A DNA stretch of 32,000 nt from Candidatus Nanopusillus sp. (GCA_028276785.1 JAPYVP010000005.1:6293-38292); one strand, 5' to 3'. Shown: positions 6,825-14,736, counted from the stretch's first letter. Made by a program: numbers and translations. Notes: a model not told the origin generated them from the sequence alone.

Positions 6825-7292
6825 TTTTTTAATTCTATGAAATTTTCTATTATATTCTCTATTCGTGACTTCTAAAACATGAGATGGTTTTGATAATGAA
6901 ATTATAGAATCTGTATCAAAGAAATCTTTTAATATATTTTCAATACTCTCCTTATCTATATTTATGTTTTGACCGGGCAATCTTGAATAAATTATATTTA
7001 TTGTAATATCTTTAGGGATTTTAAAAAAATGTAAAGGCTCTAATTTTAATAAATTAAATATATTAAATCTTTTATTTGAGAAAAAAGAGAAAAATAATGG
7101 AAAATTATCAATAAAAGTTCTAGGAATAAATCCAAAATAGAACGGATATGATACTTTTAAATTTATGTAAGTATTTATATTCAAATCAAAATCTATTACA
7201 TTTATTGCATTTGTATCTGGCAAATTTAATATTATTCCATTAAAAAAATTTGGAAATTCATCACTTTGTTCGATATGTAATAATTCCCTCAT
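6819..7292 (-). CDS. Family I inorganic pyrophosphatase-like protein with degenerate catalytic motifs (the ORF track extends it to 7376)
   Basis: SYPFYFGFIPRTF matches the PPase YPxxYGxIPxT core. The expected (E/D)DGDPxD after it reads IDNFPLF. ATG 7292 (MRELLH...) is preferred because a minus-strand TTTTATATAA (7313-7322) sits ~26 nt upstream, and the longer form would overlap the rps6e start. Confidence 0.55.
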   Translation of the reverse strand: MRELLHIEQSDEFPNFFNGIILNLPDTNAINVIDFDLNINTYINLKVSYPFYFGFIPRTFIDNFPLFFSFFSNKRFNIFNLLKLEPLHFFKIPKDITINIIYSRLPGQNINIDKESIENILKDFFDTDSIISLSKPSHVLEVTNREYNRKFHRIKKL

Positions 7293-7312
7293 AATAAATT
7301 TAAGATACTTTG

Positions 7313-7322
7313 TTATATAAAA
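7313..7322 (-). promoter_or_regulatory. TATA-like box TTTTATATAA (minus strand) for the PPase-like gene
   Basis: Centre is ~26 nt upstream of ATG 7292. Confidence 0.35.
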
Positions 7323-7365
7323 ATTTTCATTAAAAAATAAAAATATTTTCCTTAATTGATATAAA

Positions 7366-7758
7366 ATGGTAAACAAGAGAAAAGAAATTATATTTAAAGT
7401 TGTAGTATCAGATCCAAAGACTGGAAAGTCTATTCAGGTGCAAACAAAAGATGAATCTTTAATAGGTAAAAAAATTGGAGATATAATTGATGGATCAATA
7501 GTTAATTTAGACGGATATAAATTAAAGATAACTGGAGGTTCTGGATTTGAGGGTGCTCCAATGGTAAGTTATGTTGAAGGAATGAATAAAAAATATGTAT
7601 GGTGGTATGATAAAAGTAAAAAGGTAAGAGTTAAAAAATTGGTTAGGGGGAATACGATCTCTCCAGAAATTGTGCAAATAAATACTAAAATAGAAGAATA
7701 TGGAAATAAAGATTTTAATCAACTATATGAAGAATTTAAATCTCAAAAATCTCAATGA
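7366..7758 (+). CDS. rps6e: 30S ribosomal protein S6e
   Basis: KVVVSDPKTGKSIQVQ...GYKLKITGGSGFEGAPM is the characteristic S6e sequence. 130 aa. Confidence 0.9.
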   Translation: MVNKRKEIIFKVVVSDPKTGKSIQVQTKDESLIGKKIGDIIDGSIVNLDGYKLKITGGSGFEGAPMVSYVEGMNKKYVWWYDKSKKVRVKKLVRGNTISPEIVQINTKIEEYGNKDFNQLYEEFKSQKSQ

Positions 7759-8951
7759 TAATTTCTTTAGGAATAGAAGCTACTGCTCACACTTATTCAA
7801 TTGGAATTGTTGATGAGAGCGGGAATATATATTCTAACGAGAGGATAATATATAAAAGCGAGAAAGGAGGGATACATCCAAGAGAGGCTGCAGAATTACA
7901 TTCAAAGGAGAGTATTAATATTTTAAGAAATTCTGTATGGAAGGCTGGATTTATTTTTAAGAAAATAAATGGCAAATTTTATATTGTAGATGCATTATAT
8001 GAAATAAAAAATAAATTAGAAGGATCAAAAGAAATATTTTTTGATGAACCATGGAATAGAAGAAGATATATAATATATAATAATATTAGAATATGGATTG
8101 AAAATAATAAAATAGTTTCTGATAATAAAGAATTAGAAAATAATTTAAATTCATATATAAATAATTTAAATAATTTTGAAAGAAAAATAAATTTAATTTC
8201 ATATTCTGCAGGACCTGGTTTATATCCAACATTGGTTCAAGCATATTTTAGCGGTAAATTATTTTCTAAGATATTTAATTCAAATTTAATTGGAGTAAAT
8301 CATTTAATAGCACATGTAGAAATTGTTAAATTATATAATAAATTTACAGATCCTTTAATTTTGCTAGTTTCGGGAGCTAATACAATGTTATTATCATTTG
8401 AAGGAAATAAATACAGAATTGTCGGAGAGACTTTAGATATGGGTGTGGGAAACTTTTTAGATAAGGTTGGCAGATTATTAAATATTGAATTTCCAGCAGG
8501 TCCAAAGATTGAAGAATTATCAAAAAAAGGAAAAAATCTAATAAAATTGCCATATTCTGTTAAAGGAATGGATATACAATTGGGGGGAGTATATACATAT
8601 ATAAAAAATCTAATAAAAAAGAAAAATGTTAATATAAATGATTTGGCTTATTCTATTCAAGAATATGTATTTTCAATGTTAGCAGAAATATCTGAGAGAG
8701 GATTATCAATATTAGATAAAAAAGAATTTGGATTAACTGGTGGGGTTGCTGTAAATAAAAGATTACAAGAAATTTTATATTTAATGTGTAATGAAAGAAA
8801 TGTAAAATTTGGAACTGTTCCTCTGGATTTAGGAAATGATAATGGTGCAATGATTGCATGGACTGGAATATTATGGTATAAAAATAATATGAATATAATT
8901 GATGGGATTAACCCATACTGGAGACCTGAGGATATTGAATATAAAATTTAA
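7755..8951 (+). CDS. kae1: tRNA N6-adenosine threonylcarbamoyltransferase Kae1 (KEOPS catalytic subunit) with a ~75-aa internal insertion
   Basis: LGIEATAHT, GGIHPREAAELH, SAGPGL, GVNHLIAHVE (HxxxH metal site), VSGANT, GETLDMGVGN, PAGPKIEEL, TGGVAVNKRL and GNDNGAMIAWTG are all present. ATGA overlap with rps6e. Confidence 0.9.
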   Translation: MIISLGIEATAHTYSIGIVDESGNIYSNERIIYKSEKGGIHPREAAELHSKESINILRNSVWKAGFIFKKINGKFYIVDALYEIKNKLEGSKEIFFDEPWNRRRYIIYNNIRIWIENNKIVSDNKELENNLNSYINNLNNFERKINLISYSAGPGLYPTLVQAYFSGKLFSKIFNSNLIGVNHLIAHVEIVKLYNKFTDPLILLVSGANTMLLSFEGNKYRIVGETLDMGVGNFLDKVGRLLNIEFPAGPKIEELSKKGKNLIKLPYSVKGMDIQLGGVYTYIKNLIKKKNVNINDLAYSIQEYVFSMLAEISERGLSILDKKEFGLTGGVAVNKRLQEILYLMCNERNVKFGTVPLDLGNDNGAMIAWTGILWYKNNMNIIDGINPYWRPEDIEYKI

Positions 8952-8979
8952 ATGTTGTATTGTGAATCATTATATTATA

Positions 8980-9114
8980 ATGGTGGACCAGAACACCTTG
9001 CTGGAATTAATAAAATTGAGAAGCAATGCAAGAAGAAAGAATTTGGGAAGTAATACAAAAGCAATAAGGAATTTAAGAAAGAAAATGGCCAGAGAAAATA
9101 TTGTTGTGAGATGA
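8980..9114 (+). CDS. rpl29: 50S ribosomal protein L29 (uL29), unusually short (44 aa from ATG 8980; 50 aa if GTG 8962)
   Basis: LLELIKLRSNARRKNLGSNTKAIRNLRKKMARENIVV resembles the L29 helix-turn-helix (..LR.Q...G.LEN...IR..RK.IARI.TV). It occupies the conserved archaeal position directly upstream of SUI1 and Rpp29. The 8899 start in the ORF track lies inside kae1 and is discounted. Confidence 0.6.
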   Translation: MVDQNTLLELIKLRSNARRKNLGSNTKAIRNLRKKMARENIVVR

Positions 9115-9425
9115 AAAAGAAACTTTTCTCAGGTCTTCCAATAGATTTAGAGAATACAACAAAGGAAATAGAAAAGGAGTTTCAGAAGATTATTGTAAGG
9201 GCTGAAAGAAGAAGTTATGGAAAAATTGTTACAATTTTAGAAGGTATAGATCCGGCTATTGCAAAAGAAACATTGAAAAGTTTAAAACAAAAGTTGGGTT
9301 GTGGAGGAACATATAAAGATAATTTAATAGAATTGCAGGGAGATCATAGAGAAAAAATAAAAAAATTATTACTGGATTTGGGTTTTAAGGAAGAGAATAT
9401 AGAAATATCTAATGAAATTGAATAA
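9111..9425 (+). CDS. sui1: Translation initiation factor aSUI1 (eIF1 homologue)
   Basis: IVRAERRSYGKIVTILEGID...LKQKLGCGGTYKDNLIELQGDHREKIKKLL is a canonical SUI1 domain. ATGA overlap with L29. Confidence 0.9.
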   Translation: MKKKLFSGLPIDLENTTKEIEKEFQKIIVRAERRSYGKIVTILEGIDPAIAKETLKSLKQKLGCGGTYKDNLIELQGDHREKIKKLLLDLGFKEENIEISNEIE

Positions 9426-9690
9426 ATATTTTTTATCTTATGAATTTATTGGATTAAATGTGGAAGTGTATGATTGTAAGATAAAAAGTTTAGCAGGTAT
9501 TTATGGAGAGATAATAGATGAAACAAAAAATACATTTTATATAAAGAGTAAAGATAAAGTATACATAGTTCCTAAGAGTATATCGAAATTTATTTTTTAT
9601 TTCAAAGATTATTCAATTTTTTTAGATGGAAAATTAATTAATATGAGGCCGTGGGAAAGATTAAAAGTAAATGTAAAGAAAAAGGTATAA
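9412..9690 (+). CDS. rnp1: RNase P protein component 1 (Rpp29/Pop4)
   Basis: LIGLNVEVYDCKIKSLAGIYGEIIDETKNTFYIKSKDK...VPK...F matches the Rpp29 Sm-like barrel pattern. Conserved position after SUI1. Confidence 0.75.
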   Translation: MKLNKYFLSYEFIGLNVEVYDCKIKSLAGIYGEIIDETKNTFYIKSKDKVYIVPKSISKFIFYFKDYSIFLDGKLINMRPWERLKVNVKKKV

Positions 9691-9692
9691 GG

Positions 9693-9700
9693 TTTATATA
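9693..9700 (+). promoter_or_regulatory. TATA-like box TTTATATA for the pilin gene
   Basis: Centre is ~26 nt upstream of ATG 9723, consistent with a leaderless mRNA. Confidence 0.35.
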
Positions 9701-9722
9701 TTACTAAAATTTTAAATATATT

Positions 9723-10223
9723 ATGAAAATAAAGGCTGTATCCCCCCTGATTGCAACAATTATATTAATCGCCTTAACAGTGGCTTTAGGTGCAATTATA
9801 GTTGGATGGGCAAGAAATTATGTTAGTAGTGAAGTCTCAAATCTGGGTGCTCAAGTTCAAATACTACAGGTAGTTTATAATAATTCAAATGGCAATATAG
9901 CAATTTTAGTTCAAAATATAGGATCTACGCAATTAGTTGGATATAATCTTTTAGTAGAATTTTCTTCTATTAACGGAAAACGTGAGAAATGTCCTTTGGT
10001 TTCAAGTAGTAATGATACAAAATATTTGGCATGTTATATTTATAATATAACAGATTCTTCGTCTACTACTTCATTAATAAATGGTACAATACCTCAAAAT
10101 TCACTATTTCTAATAAATATGACAGTCAATAAGGATAGTTTTGGAATATCTTCTTTAACCGGTTCTACTATTTATATATATTATTCCAAAAACCAAATAT
10201 CTGAGGGATATACATTATCGTGA
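9723..10223 (+). CDS. Archaeal type IV pilin-like protein (Pilin_N / class III signal peptide)
   Basis: MKIKAVSPLIATIILIALTVALGAIIVGWA matches the K/R-A-V-S-P-[VL]-I-A-T...I(A/T)LTV archaeal pilin N-terminal signature. The C-terminal domain is beta-type with N-x-S/T sequons. Confidence 0.8.
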   Translation: MKIKAVSPLIATIILIALTVALGAIIVGWARNYVSSEVSNLGAQVQILQVVYNNSNGNIAILVQNIGSTQLVGYNLLVEFSSINGKREKCPLVSSSNDTKYLACYIYNITDSSSTTSLINGTIPQNSLFLINMTVNKDSFGISSLTGSTIYIYYSKNQISEGYTLS

Positions 10224-10277
10224 TTTACTTTTTAGTAGTTAATTAAAAGAATAAATGACATCTATAAATATTTTTAT

Positions 10278-11453
10278 ATGGAAATTAAATCTGCAAAAGC
10301 AAGGGTTATTCTAAATTCTAGAGGAGATCCAACATTAGAAATTGAAATAAATGGTTATTCAGAAGCCGCTCCAGAGGGGGCAAGCAAAGGGTCTGGAGAA
10401 GTTCCATATTTAGATCCTAAAAAAGCTGCTGAATTGTTCAATAATGAATTGGTAGATTTTCTTAAAACATTTGATATAATAACTTTAGATGATTTAAAAG
10501 AATTTGAAAGTGAATTTGAATCAATTGGTGGAATAAAGAGATATGGAGGTAATACATTAATTGCTACTGAATATGCTATATTAAGAGCATGGTCTCATTA
10601 TGAAGGAAAACCTATTTACAAATTTTTTAATAAAAATCCAAAAATAAATATAAGAATATTGGCAAATGTTGTTGGTGGTGGTGCGCATTCAAGAGGTAGA
10701 AGTACAAATATTCAAGAATTCTTAGTTTCTCCAGATACAGATAATTTACCTTTATCCATTTTTATTGCATCCTATATACATAAATTATTGGGGAAGAGAT
10801 TAGAATTGTTGGATGATAAATTTTTATATGGAAGGAATGATGAAGGTGCATGGACAACATCGCTTGAAGATGAAACAATATTTAATATTATAAAAATGGT
10901 TTTTGATGAGGTTAAGATTGATTATAATATAAAAGTTGATCTTGGAATTGATTTTGCTGCAAGTCAATTATATAAAGATAACGCATATAAATATAAAAAT
11001 AAAGTATTTTCTAGAGAAGATCAAATAAAATATGTAAAATTTCTTATAGATACATATGATTTATTTTATGTTGAAGATCCGTTATATGAAGAAGATTTTG
11101 AAGGATTTGCAGAGATAAATAATAGTACGAAAAGCTTAATTGTTGGAGACGATTTAACAGTAACAAATGTAGAAAGAATAAAAAAATCTTTAATATATAA
11201 ATCAATTAAGGGTGTTATAATAAAACCAAATCAAATAGGTTCTGTTGTTAAGGCATATGAAGTTGTAAAATTCTGTAAAGAAAACGGTCTAGTACCAATA
11301 TTATCTCATAGATCCGGAGAAACAGAAAGTAATATACTAGCTCATTTAGCAGTTGGATTTGAAGTTCCATTTGTGAAGTTTGGAATTATAAATGGAGAGA
11401 GAATTGCAAAATTAAATGAATTAATTAGAATATATGAAAGCTTAAATAAATAA
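10278..11453 (+). CDS. eno: Enolase (2-phosphoglycerate dehydratase), compact 391-aa form
   Basis: ARVILNSRGDPTLEIEI, PEGASKGSGE, DFAASQ, VEDP, VGDDLTVTN, IKPNQIGS, SHRSGETES and KFG...ERIAKLNELIRI are all present, so the metal and catalytic residues are conserved. Confidence 0.95.
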   Translation: MEIKSAKARVILNSRGDPTLEIEINGYSEAAPEGASKGSGEVPYLDPKKAAELFNNELVDFLKTFDIITLDDLKEFESEFESIGGIKRYGGNTLIATEYAILRAWSHYEGKPIYKFFNKNPKINIRILANVVGGGAHSRGRSTNIQEFLVSPDTDNLPLSIFIASYIHKLLGKRLELLDDKFLYGRNDEGAWTTSLEDETIFNIIKMVFDEVKIDYNIKVDLGIDFAASQLYKDNAYKYKNKVFSREDQIKYVKFLIDTYDLFYVEDPLYEEDFEGFAEINNSTKSLIVGDDLTVTNVERIKKSLIYKSIKGVIIKPNQIGSVVKAYEVVKFCKENGLVPILSHRSGETESNILAHLAVGFEVPFVKFGIINGERIAKLNELIRIYESLNK

Positions 11454-11714
11454 CTTGAACCATTTTTTATATTCTTCAGGTACCTCAATTAATCCTAAAT
11501 TAACTAGTGTATCCAATATTCCCCATATATAATTTTCTAATTCAAATGCTTTTACGAAATCTTTATTTTCATAAAAATATTTCATGTCATTATAATAAGA
11601 TATAACAAATTTTTCAAACCTGTTATCTAAAAATCTTATGTTTTTAAATATTAATTCTAGTTTTTTATATTCTCTGTCCAGATAATAGAAAAACTCTTCT
11701 TCATTTATTCTCAT
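11442..11714 (-). CDS. Small helical protein, DUF357-like
   Basis: VISYYNDMKYFYENKDFVKAFELENYIWGILDTLVNLGL fits the DUF357 pattern A..Y..DA.YF.e.gD...A.....YA.GwLDa...lG. 90 aa. Confidence 0.5.
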   Translation of the reverse strand: MRINEEEFFYYLDREYKKLELIFKNIRFLDNRFEKFVISYYNDMKYFYENKDFVKAFELENYIWGILDTLVNLGLIEVPEEYKKWFKLFI

Positions 11715-11721
11715 TTATATA
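11714..11721 (+). promoter_or_regulatory. TATA-like box TTTATATA for gene 11743, abutting or overlapping the divergent gene's start codon
   Basis: Centre is ~26 nt upstream of ATG 11743. Confidence 0.3.
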
Positions 11722-11734
11722 CCTTATTTAAAAA

Positions 11735-11743
11735 TTTAATAAA
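11735..11743 (-). promoter_or_regulatory. TATA-like box TTTATTAAA (minus strand) for gene 11714, abutting the divergent gene's start codon
   Basis: Centre is ~25 nt upstream of the minus-strand ATG at 11714. Confidence 0.3.
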
Positions 11744-12456
11744 TGGATCTTAAAGATATATTATCTAAATTCAACGTTGAAGAAATATTATATTTTGAAG
11801 AAAATTATGATTTACAATATAAATATTTAAAACTTTTATATAAGAATATAAAAAATCAAAATTTATTTCTAAAGATTATCATAATAAATTCTTTATTAGC
11901 ATTTCAATTATCATATAAAGGAGAAAAATTTTGGAAAATATTTTCCATATACTTTTCTAAACATAATAATGATGATATATATGATAATTTTCTATCTTTC
12001 ATAAATTTATATAATAAGAGATATAAGGAAATAAAAATAAAAAGATTAAATAGAATTTATAATTGGATAAAGAATAAAGATTTATTAATTTATAAAGATG
12101 ATCTAGTTAAGTTTAATTTAGAAATTGCGGAAGTAATGGGACAAAATATTTATGATAAAACAATAGTATTTTCAACAAAAATTTATGGTTATGGATTAAG
12201 AATTATTGGATATAAAATAATATTTCCATTTGAAATATTCATACCAATAGATAATAGAATTGGAAAAATTAGTAAAGATAGAAATTATTGGATAAGATTA
12301 TCAAAAGAAGTAAACATACCATTATTACACATAGATTCTTTAGTATGGATTACTATGGGATTGGATAACGATAAAATAGAAAGAATAAGAAATGAAGAAC
12401 TTAAAAATAAAATTAAATTATTAAAAAATTATCTAAATAATATTGTTAATAATTAA
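11743..12456 (+). CDS. Probable archaeal 8-oxoguanine DNA glycosylase (AGOG-type N-glycosylase/DNA lyase)
   Basis: NSLLAFQLSYKGEKFWKIFSIYFS, KTIVFSTKIYGY and IPIDNRI resemble the AGOG family blocks as I remember them (alvsYqL..kGE..W..F..yF; KTiVFa.KM.gY; iPvD.R). The size, 237 aa, fits. Confidence 0.5.
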   Translation: MDLKDILSKFNVEEILYFEENYDLQYKYLKLLYKNIKNQNLFLKIIIINSLLAFQLSYKGEKFWKIFSIYFSKHNNDDIYDNFLSFINLYNKRYKEIKIKRLNRIYNWIKNKDLLIYKDDLVKFNLEIAEVMGQNIYDKTIVFSTKIYGYGLRIIGYKIIFPFEIFIPIDNRIGKISKDRNYWIRLSKEVNIPLLHIDSLVWITMGLDNDKIERIRNEELKNKIKLLKNYLNNIVNN

Positions 12457-12897
12457 TAGACCATCTGTAATATATAATATATCTCTAGCAATTTTTTCTT
12501 CATTTATTATTTTTGAGTCGAAATCCGATCCAATTTTTCCATTTCCAACGAATATTTTTTCAGTTGGAGATAGCAAATATTTGTCATACTTTAATATAAA
12601 TTCTTCAGATTTCTTTAATAAATATCCTAAATATATTAGTTGATTTAGACCATAAATTTTATTTTTATCACTTAAATCATTAAAATTATATATATACAAA
12701 TTAATATTACTTTCTAATAATTTTATCTTATTGTCTTTTATTAATAATGTGGCTTGCCAATTCTTTTTATAATCTTTATAATTCAATGATGTTGTTGTTT
12801 TATTATTATATTCTAATGTCATCTTTTCCTTTTCCTTTTTTATTGTTACTTTACCTTCTTCTAAAGATAGCTTTATCCCTATACCCAGTATATCCAT
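12433..12897 (-). CDS. Hypothetical protein (154 aa)
   Basis: Long ORF in a compact region with coding-like composition. Its 3' end overlaps the convergent gene by 24 nt. No family recognised. Confidence 0.55.
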   Translation of the reverse strand: MDILGIGIKLSLEEGKVTIKKEKEKMTLEYNNKTTTSLNYKDYKKNWQATLLIKDNKIKLLESNINLYIYNFNDLSDKNKIYGLNQLIYLGYLLKKSEEFILKYDKYLLSPTEKIFVGNGKIGSDFDSKIINEEKIARDILYITDGLLIINNII

Positions 12898-12962
12898 AAA
12901 CTATTTATAGAAAATGAGATATAAAAAGATTATTAAAAATTTACTAAGTAATCTATATATAT

Positions 12963-13035
12963 GCCGCCGTAGCTCAGTTGGTAGAGCAGCCGGCTGTTAA
13001 CCGGCAGGTCGTGGGTTCAAGTCCCACCGGCGGCG
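12963..13035 (+). tRNA. tRNA-Asn (anticodon GUU), no intron, CCA not encoded
   Basis: Hand-folded: acceptor GCCGCCG/CGGCGGC, D stem GCTC/GAGC, anticodon stem GCCGG/CCGGC, loop CTGTTAA, variable AGGTC, T arm GTGGG-TTCAAGT-CCCAC, discriminator G. Confidence 0.95.
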
Positions 13036-13902
13036 TTATTCATTATAATATTTATATAATAGTTCTCTATTTGCTTCTAGTTGTATATTTTTAATATTTA
13101 AGTAATCTGCAGCTGATAAAAACTCTGTACCAAAATTTTTTCCAATTTCGTTTAATTTATTTAGTATTTCTCTATAATTTAAAGATCTAGCCATATGATG
13201 ATCAATTATTATTTTATTAATCTTTGTATTCTCTAGTAATCTTTCAATATTCTTATAAAATATTTCATTATATGAAATATCCCACTTTGTATGATAAAAA
13301 GGAGGACCCGATAGTATTATATAATCTGGATTTTTTTCTATTATATAATTCAGTGTAAAATCTGTTAAAATACCTTGTATATCAGATCCAAAAAATAAAG
13401 ATGAGTTTTTATATTCAATGTATATACCAATAACATAACCTAAAACTGAATTTTCTGCTCCATGAAATAATGGGGGAGAAATTTCTATATATGTATTATT
13501 AAATTCAAATACCTTATTATCTCCAATATATATTTCAGATTTATTCTTTAATTTTTCATATACATTTTTTCCTCTATTTTTTTGAGAATTATTTATGTAA
13601 TTATTAAAATCTTTTATGATTAGTTTTTTATTATATAATATTTTGAAATGTTCTTCTTTTGGGTTTGGACAATGATCCCAATGATAATGTGTAATAATTA
13701 TTAAATCAACATCCTTTGATAATTCAATTATTTCTTTTCTTTTGTTTTTTAATTCTTCTAATTCAATTTTATGTGGTTTTAGACCATATCTATAAGGAGC
13801 AATTGCAATAGAAGGATCTATAAATATTTTAATATTAGTTTTAACAATTGTTGCCATAGATCTTGTTGAAAATGAATCATATGCAACTGGTATTATTATC
13901 AT
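13036..13902 (-). CDS. MBL-fold metallo-hydrolase, UPF0282 family
   Basis: MIIIPVAYDSFSTRSMATIV...IFIDPSIAIAPYRYGLKPH...IITHYHWDH matches the archaeal UPF0282 N-terminus and the HxHxDH motif. Confidence 0.8.
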   Translation of the reverse strand: MIIIPVAYDSFSTRSMATIVKTNIKIFIDPSIAIAPYRYGLKPHKIELEELKNKRKEIIELSKDVDLIIITHYHWDHCPNPKEEHFKILYNKKLIIKDFNNYINNSQKNRGKNVYEKLKNKSEIYIGDNKVFEFNNTYIEISPPLFHGAENSVLGYVIGIYIEYKNSSLFFGSDIQGILTDFTLNYIIEKNPDYIILSGPPFYHTKWDISYNEIFYKNIERLLENTKINKIIIDHHMARSLNYREILNKLNEIGKNFGTEFLSAADYLNIKNIQLEANRELLYKYYNE

Positions 13903-13923
13903 TAAAAAATATTAATAAAAAAA

Positions 13924-14736
13924 TTAATAAACAGCTTCTCCAATTTCTTCAAGATACTTTCTTTCATAATATTCAAATGCTCCTGTAATCTTTGATGGAT
14001 TTAATCCATATAATATAACTTTATTATTGTTATTTATTTCAAACATAAATCCAGAATATTCTTTGTATTTTCCATTTACAATTTCAACAATCTTTCTTGC
14101 AAATAGTTCTCCAGATATTTTTGGATAATCTTTTAATTTGCCCCCCATTCCTTCTTCTCCAGTTTTAATAGTATCTGGAAATAGAGCTATAATTCTTCTA
14201 CCACGGCTATTAAGTATTTGTAGCTCAGCATGTGCTTTAAGAGCAGCTTTTGTTTTTTGATATTCAGGATCCCAATTTCCTCTATAAAATGCAGATATTG
14301 ATACCATGTAAATTGTATCTAAATAAAGGTTTTTTTCTTCTAATTCTCTATCCATTTTTTCTATAGACTTTACATTTATTTCGTATGAATCGTCAATCAT
14401 TTTATTTGTATAACTCTTAAATTCGCCAGGATAATCATATAAAATTCCTATATTATAGAATATAGTTACTTTATATCCTTTATCCCCGTATTCTTTTATT
14501 TTTTCTATTATCCTTTTTCTATCTTCATCCTTTGTTAAATCTCCAACTACGTAATCATCTATCTTTCCTTCATTTTTCATATCAATTAATACATTTTCTT
14601 TTCTTCCATTTCCAACAACAATATATCCATCCTTTTTTAATTCTTCTGCTAATAATTTACCAATACCGCCAGTAGCTCCCAACAAAAATATAACTTCTTT
14701 TTTTTCATTATACATCATAATCTTATCAAGACTCAT
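13924..14736 (-). CDS. Short-chain dehydrogenase/reductase (SDR)
   Basis: Rossmann motif LLGATGGIGKLLAEEL (TGxxxGxG) and catalytic YxxxK (YQKTK). Confidence 0.75.
   Translation of the reverse strand: MSLDKIMMYNEKKEVIFLLGATGGIGKLLAEELKKDGYIVVGNGRKENVLIDMKNEGKIDDYVVGDLTKDEDRKRIIEKIKEYGDKGYKVTIFYNIGILYDYPGEFKSYTNKMIDDSYEINVKSIEKMDRELEEKNLYLDTIYMVSISAFYRGNWDPEYQKTKAALKAHAELQILNSRGRRIIALFPDTIKTGEEGMGGKLKDYPKISGELFARKIVEIVNGKYKEYSGFMFEINNNNKVILYGLNPSKITGAFEYYERKYLEEIGEAVY

Noticed and set aside
7293-7376. 28-codon N-terminal extension of the PPase-like ORF (MFTILYQLRKIFLFFNENFYITKYLKFI), overlapping the rps6e start.
   Set aside because: A minus-strand TATA box at 7313-7322 lies inside the extension, at the right distance for ATG 7292. 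The extension is low-complexity and would put two divergent start codons on overlapping DNA. The longer form cannot be fully excluded.
8899-8979. N-terminal 27 codons of ORF 8899-9114 (MMGLTHTGDLRILNIKFKCCIVNHYII).
   Set aside because: This stretch lies in an alternative frame of the kae1 3' end and has no L29-like sequence. The L29-like region starts only after the kae1 stop.
12433-12897. GNGKIGSDFDSKI in the 154-aa hypothetical protein resembles the G-x-K-F-G-A-D-F strand of tRNA-splicing endonuclease EndA, and the gene sits next to a tRNA.
   Set aside because: The motif lies only ~30 aa from the C-terminus, so the His/Lys catalytic region and the remainder of the EndA C-terminal domain cannot be present. 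The tRNAs here are intron-less, and a single short motif in low-complexity sequence is not enough.
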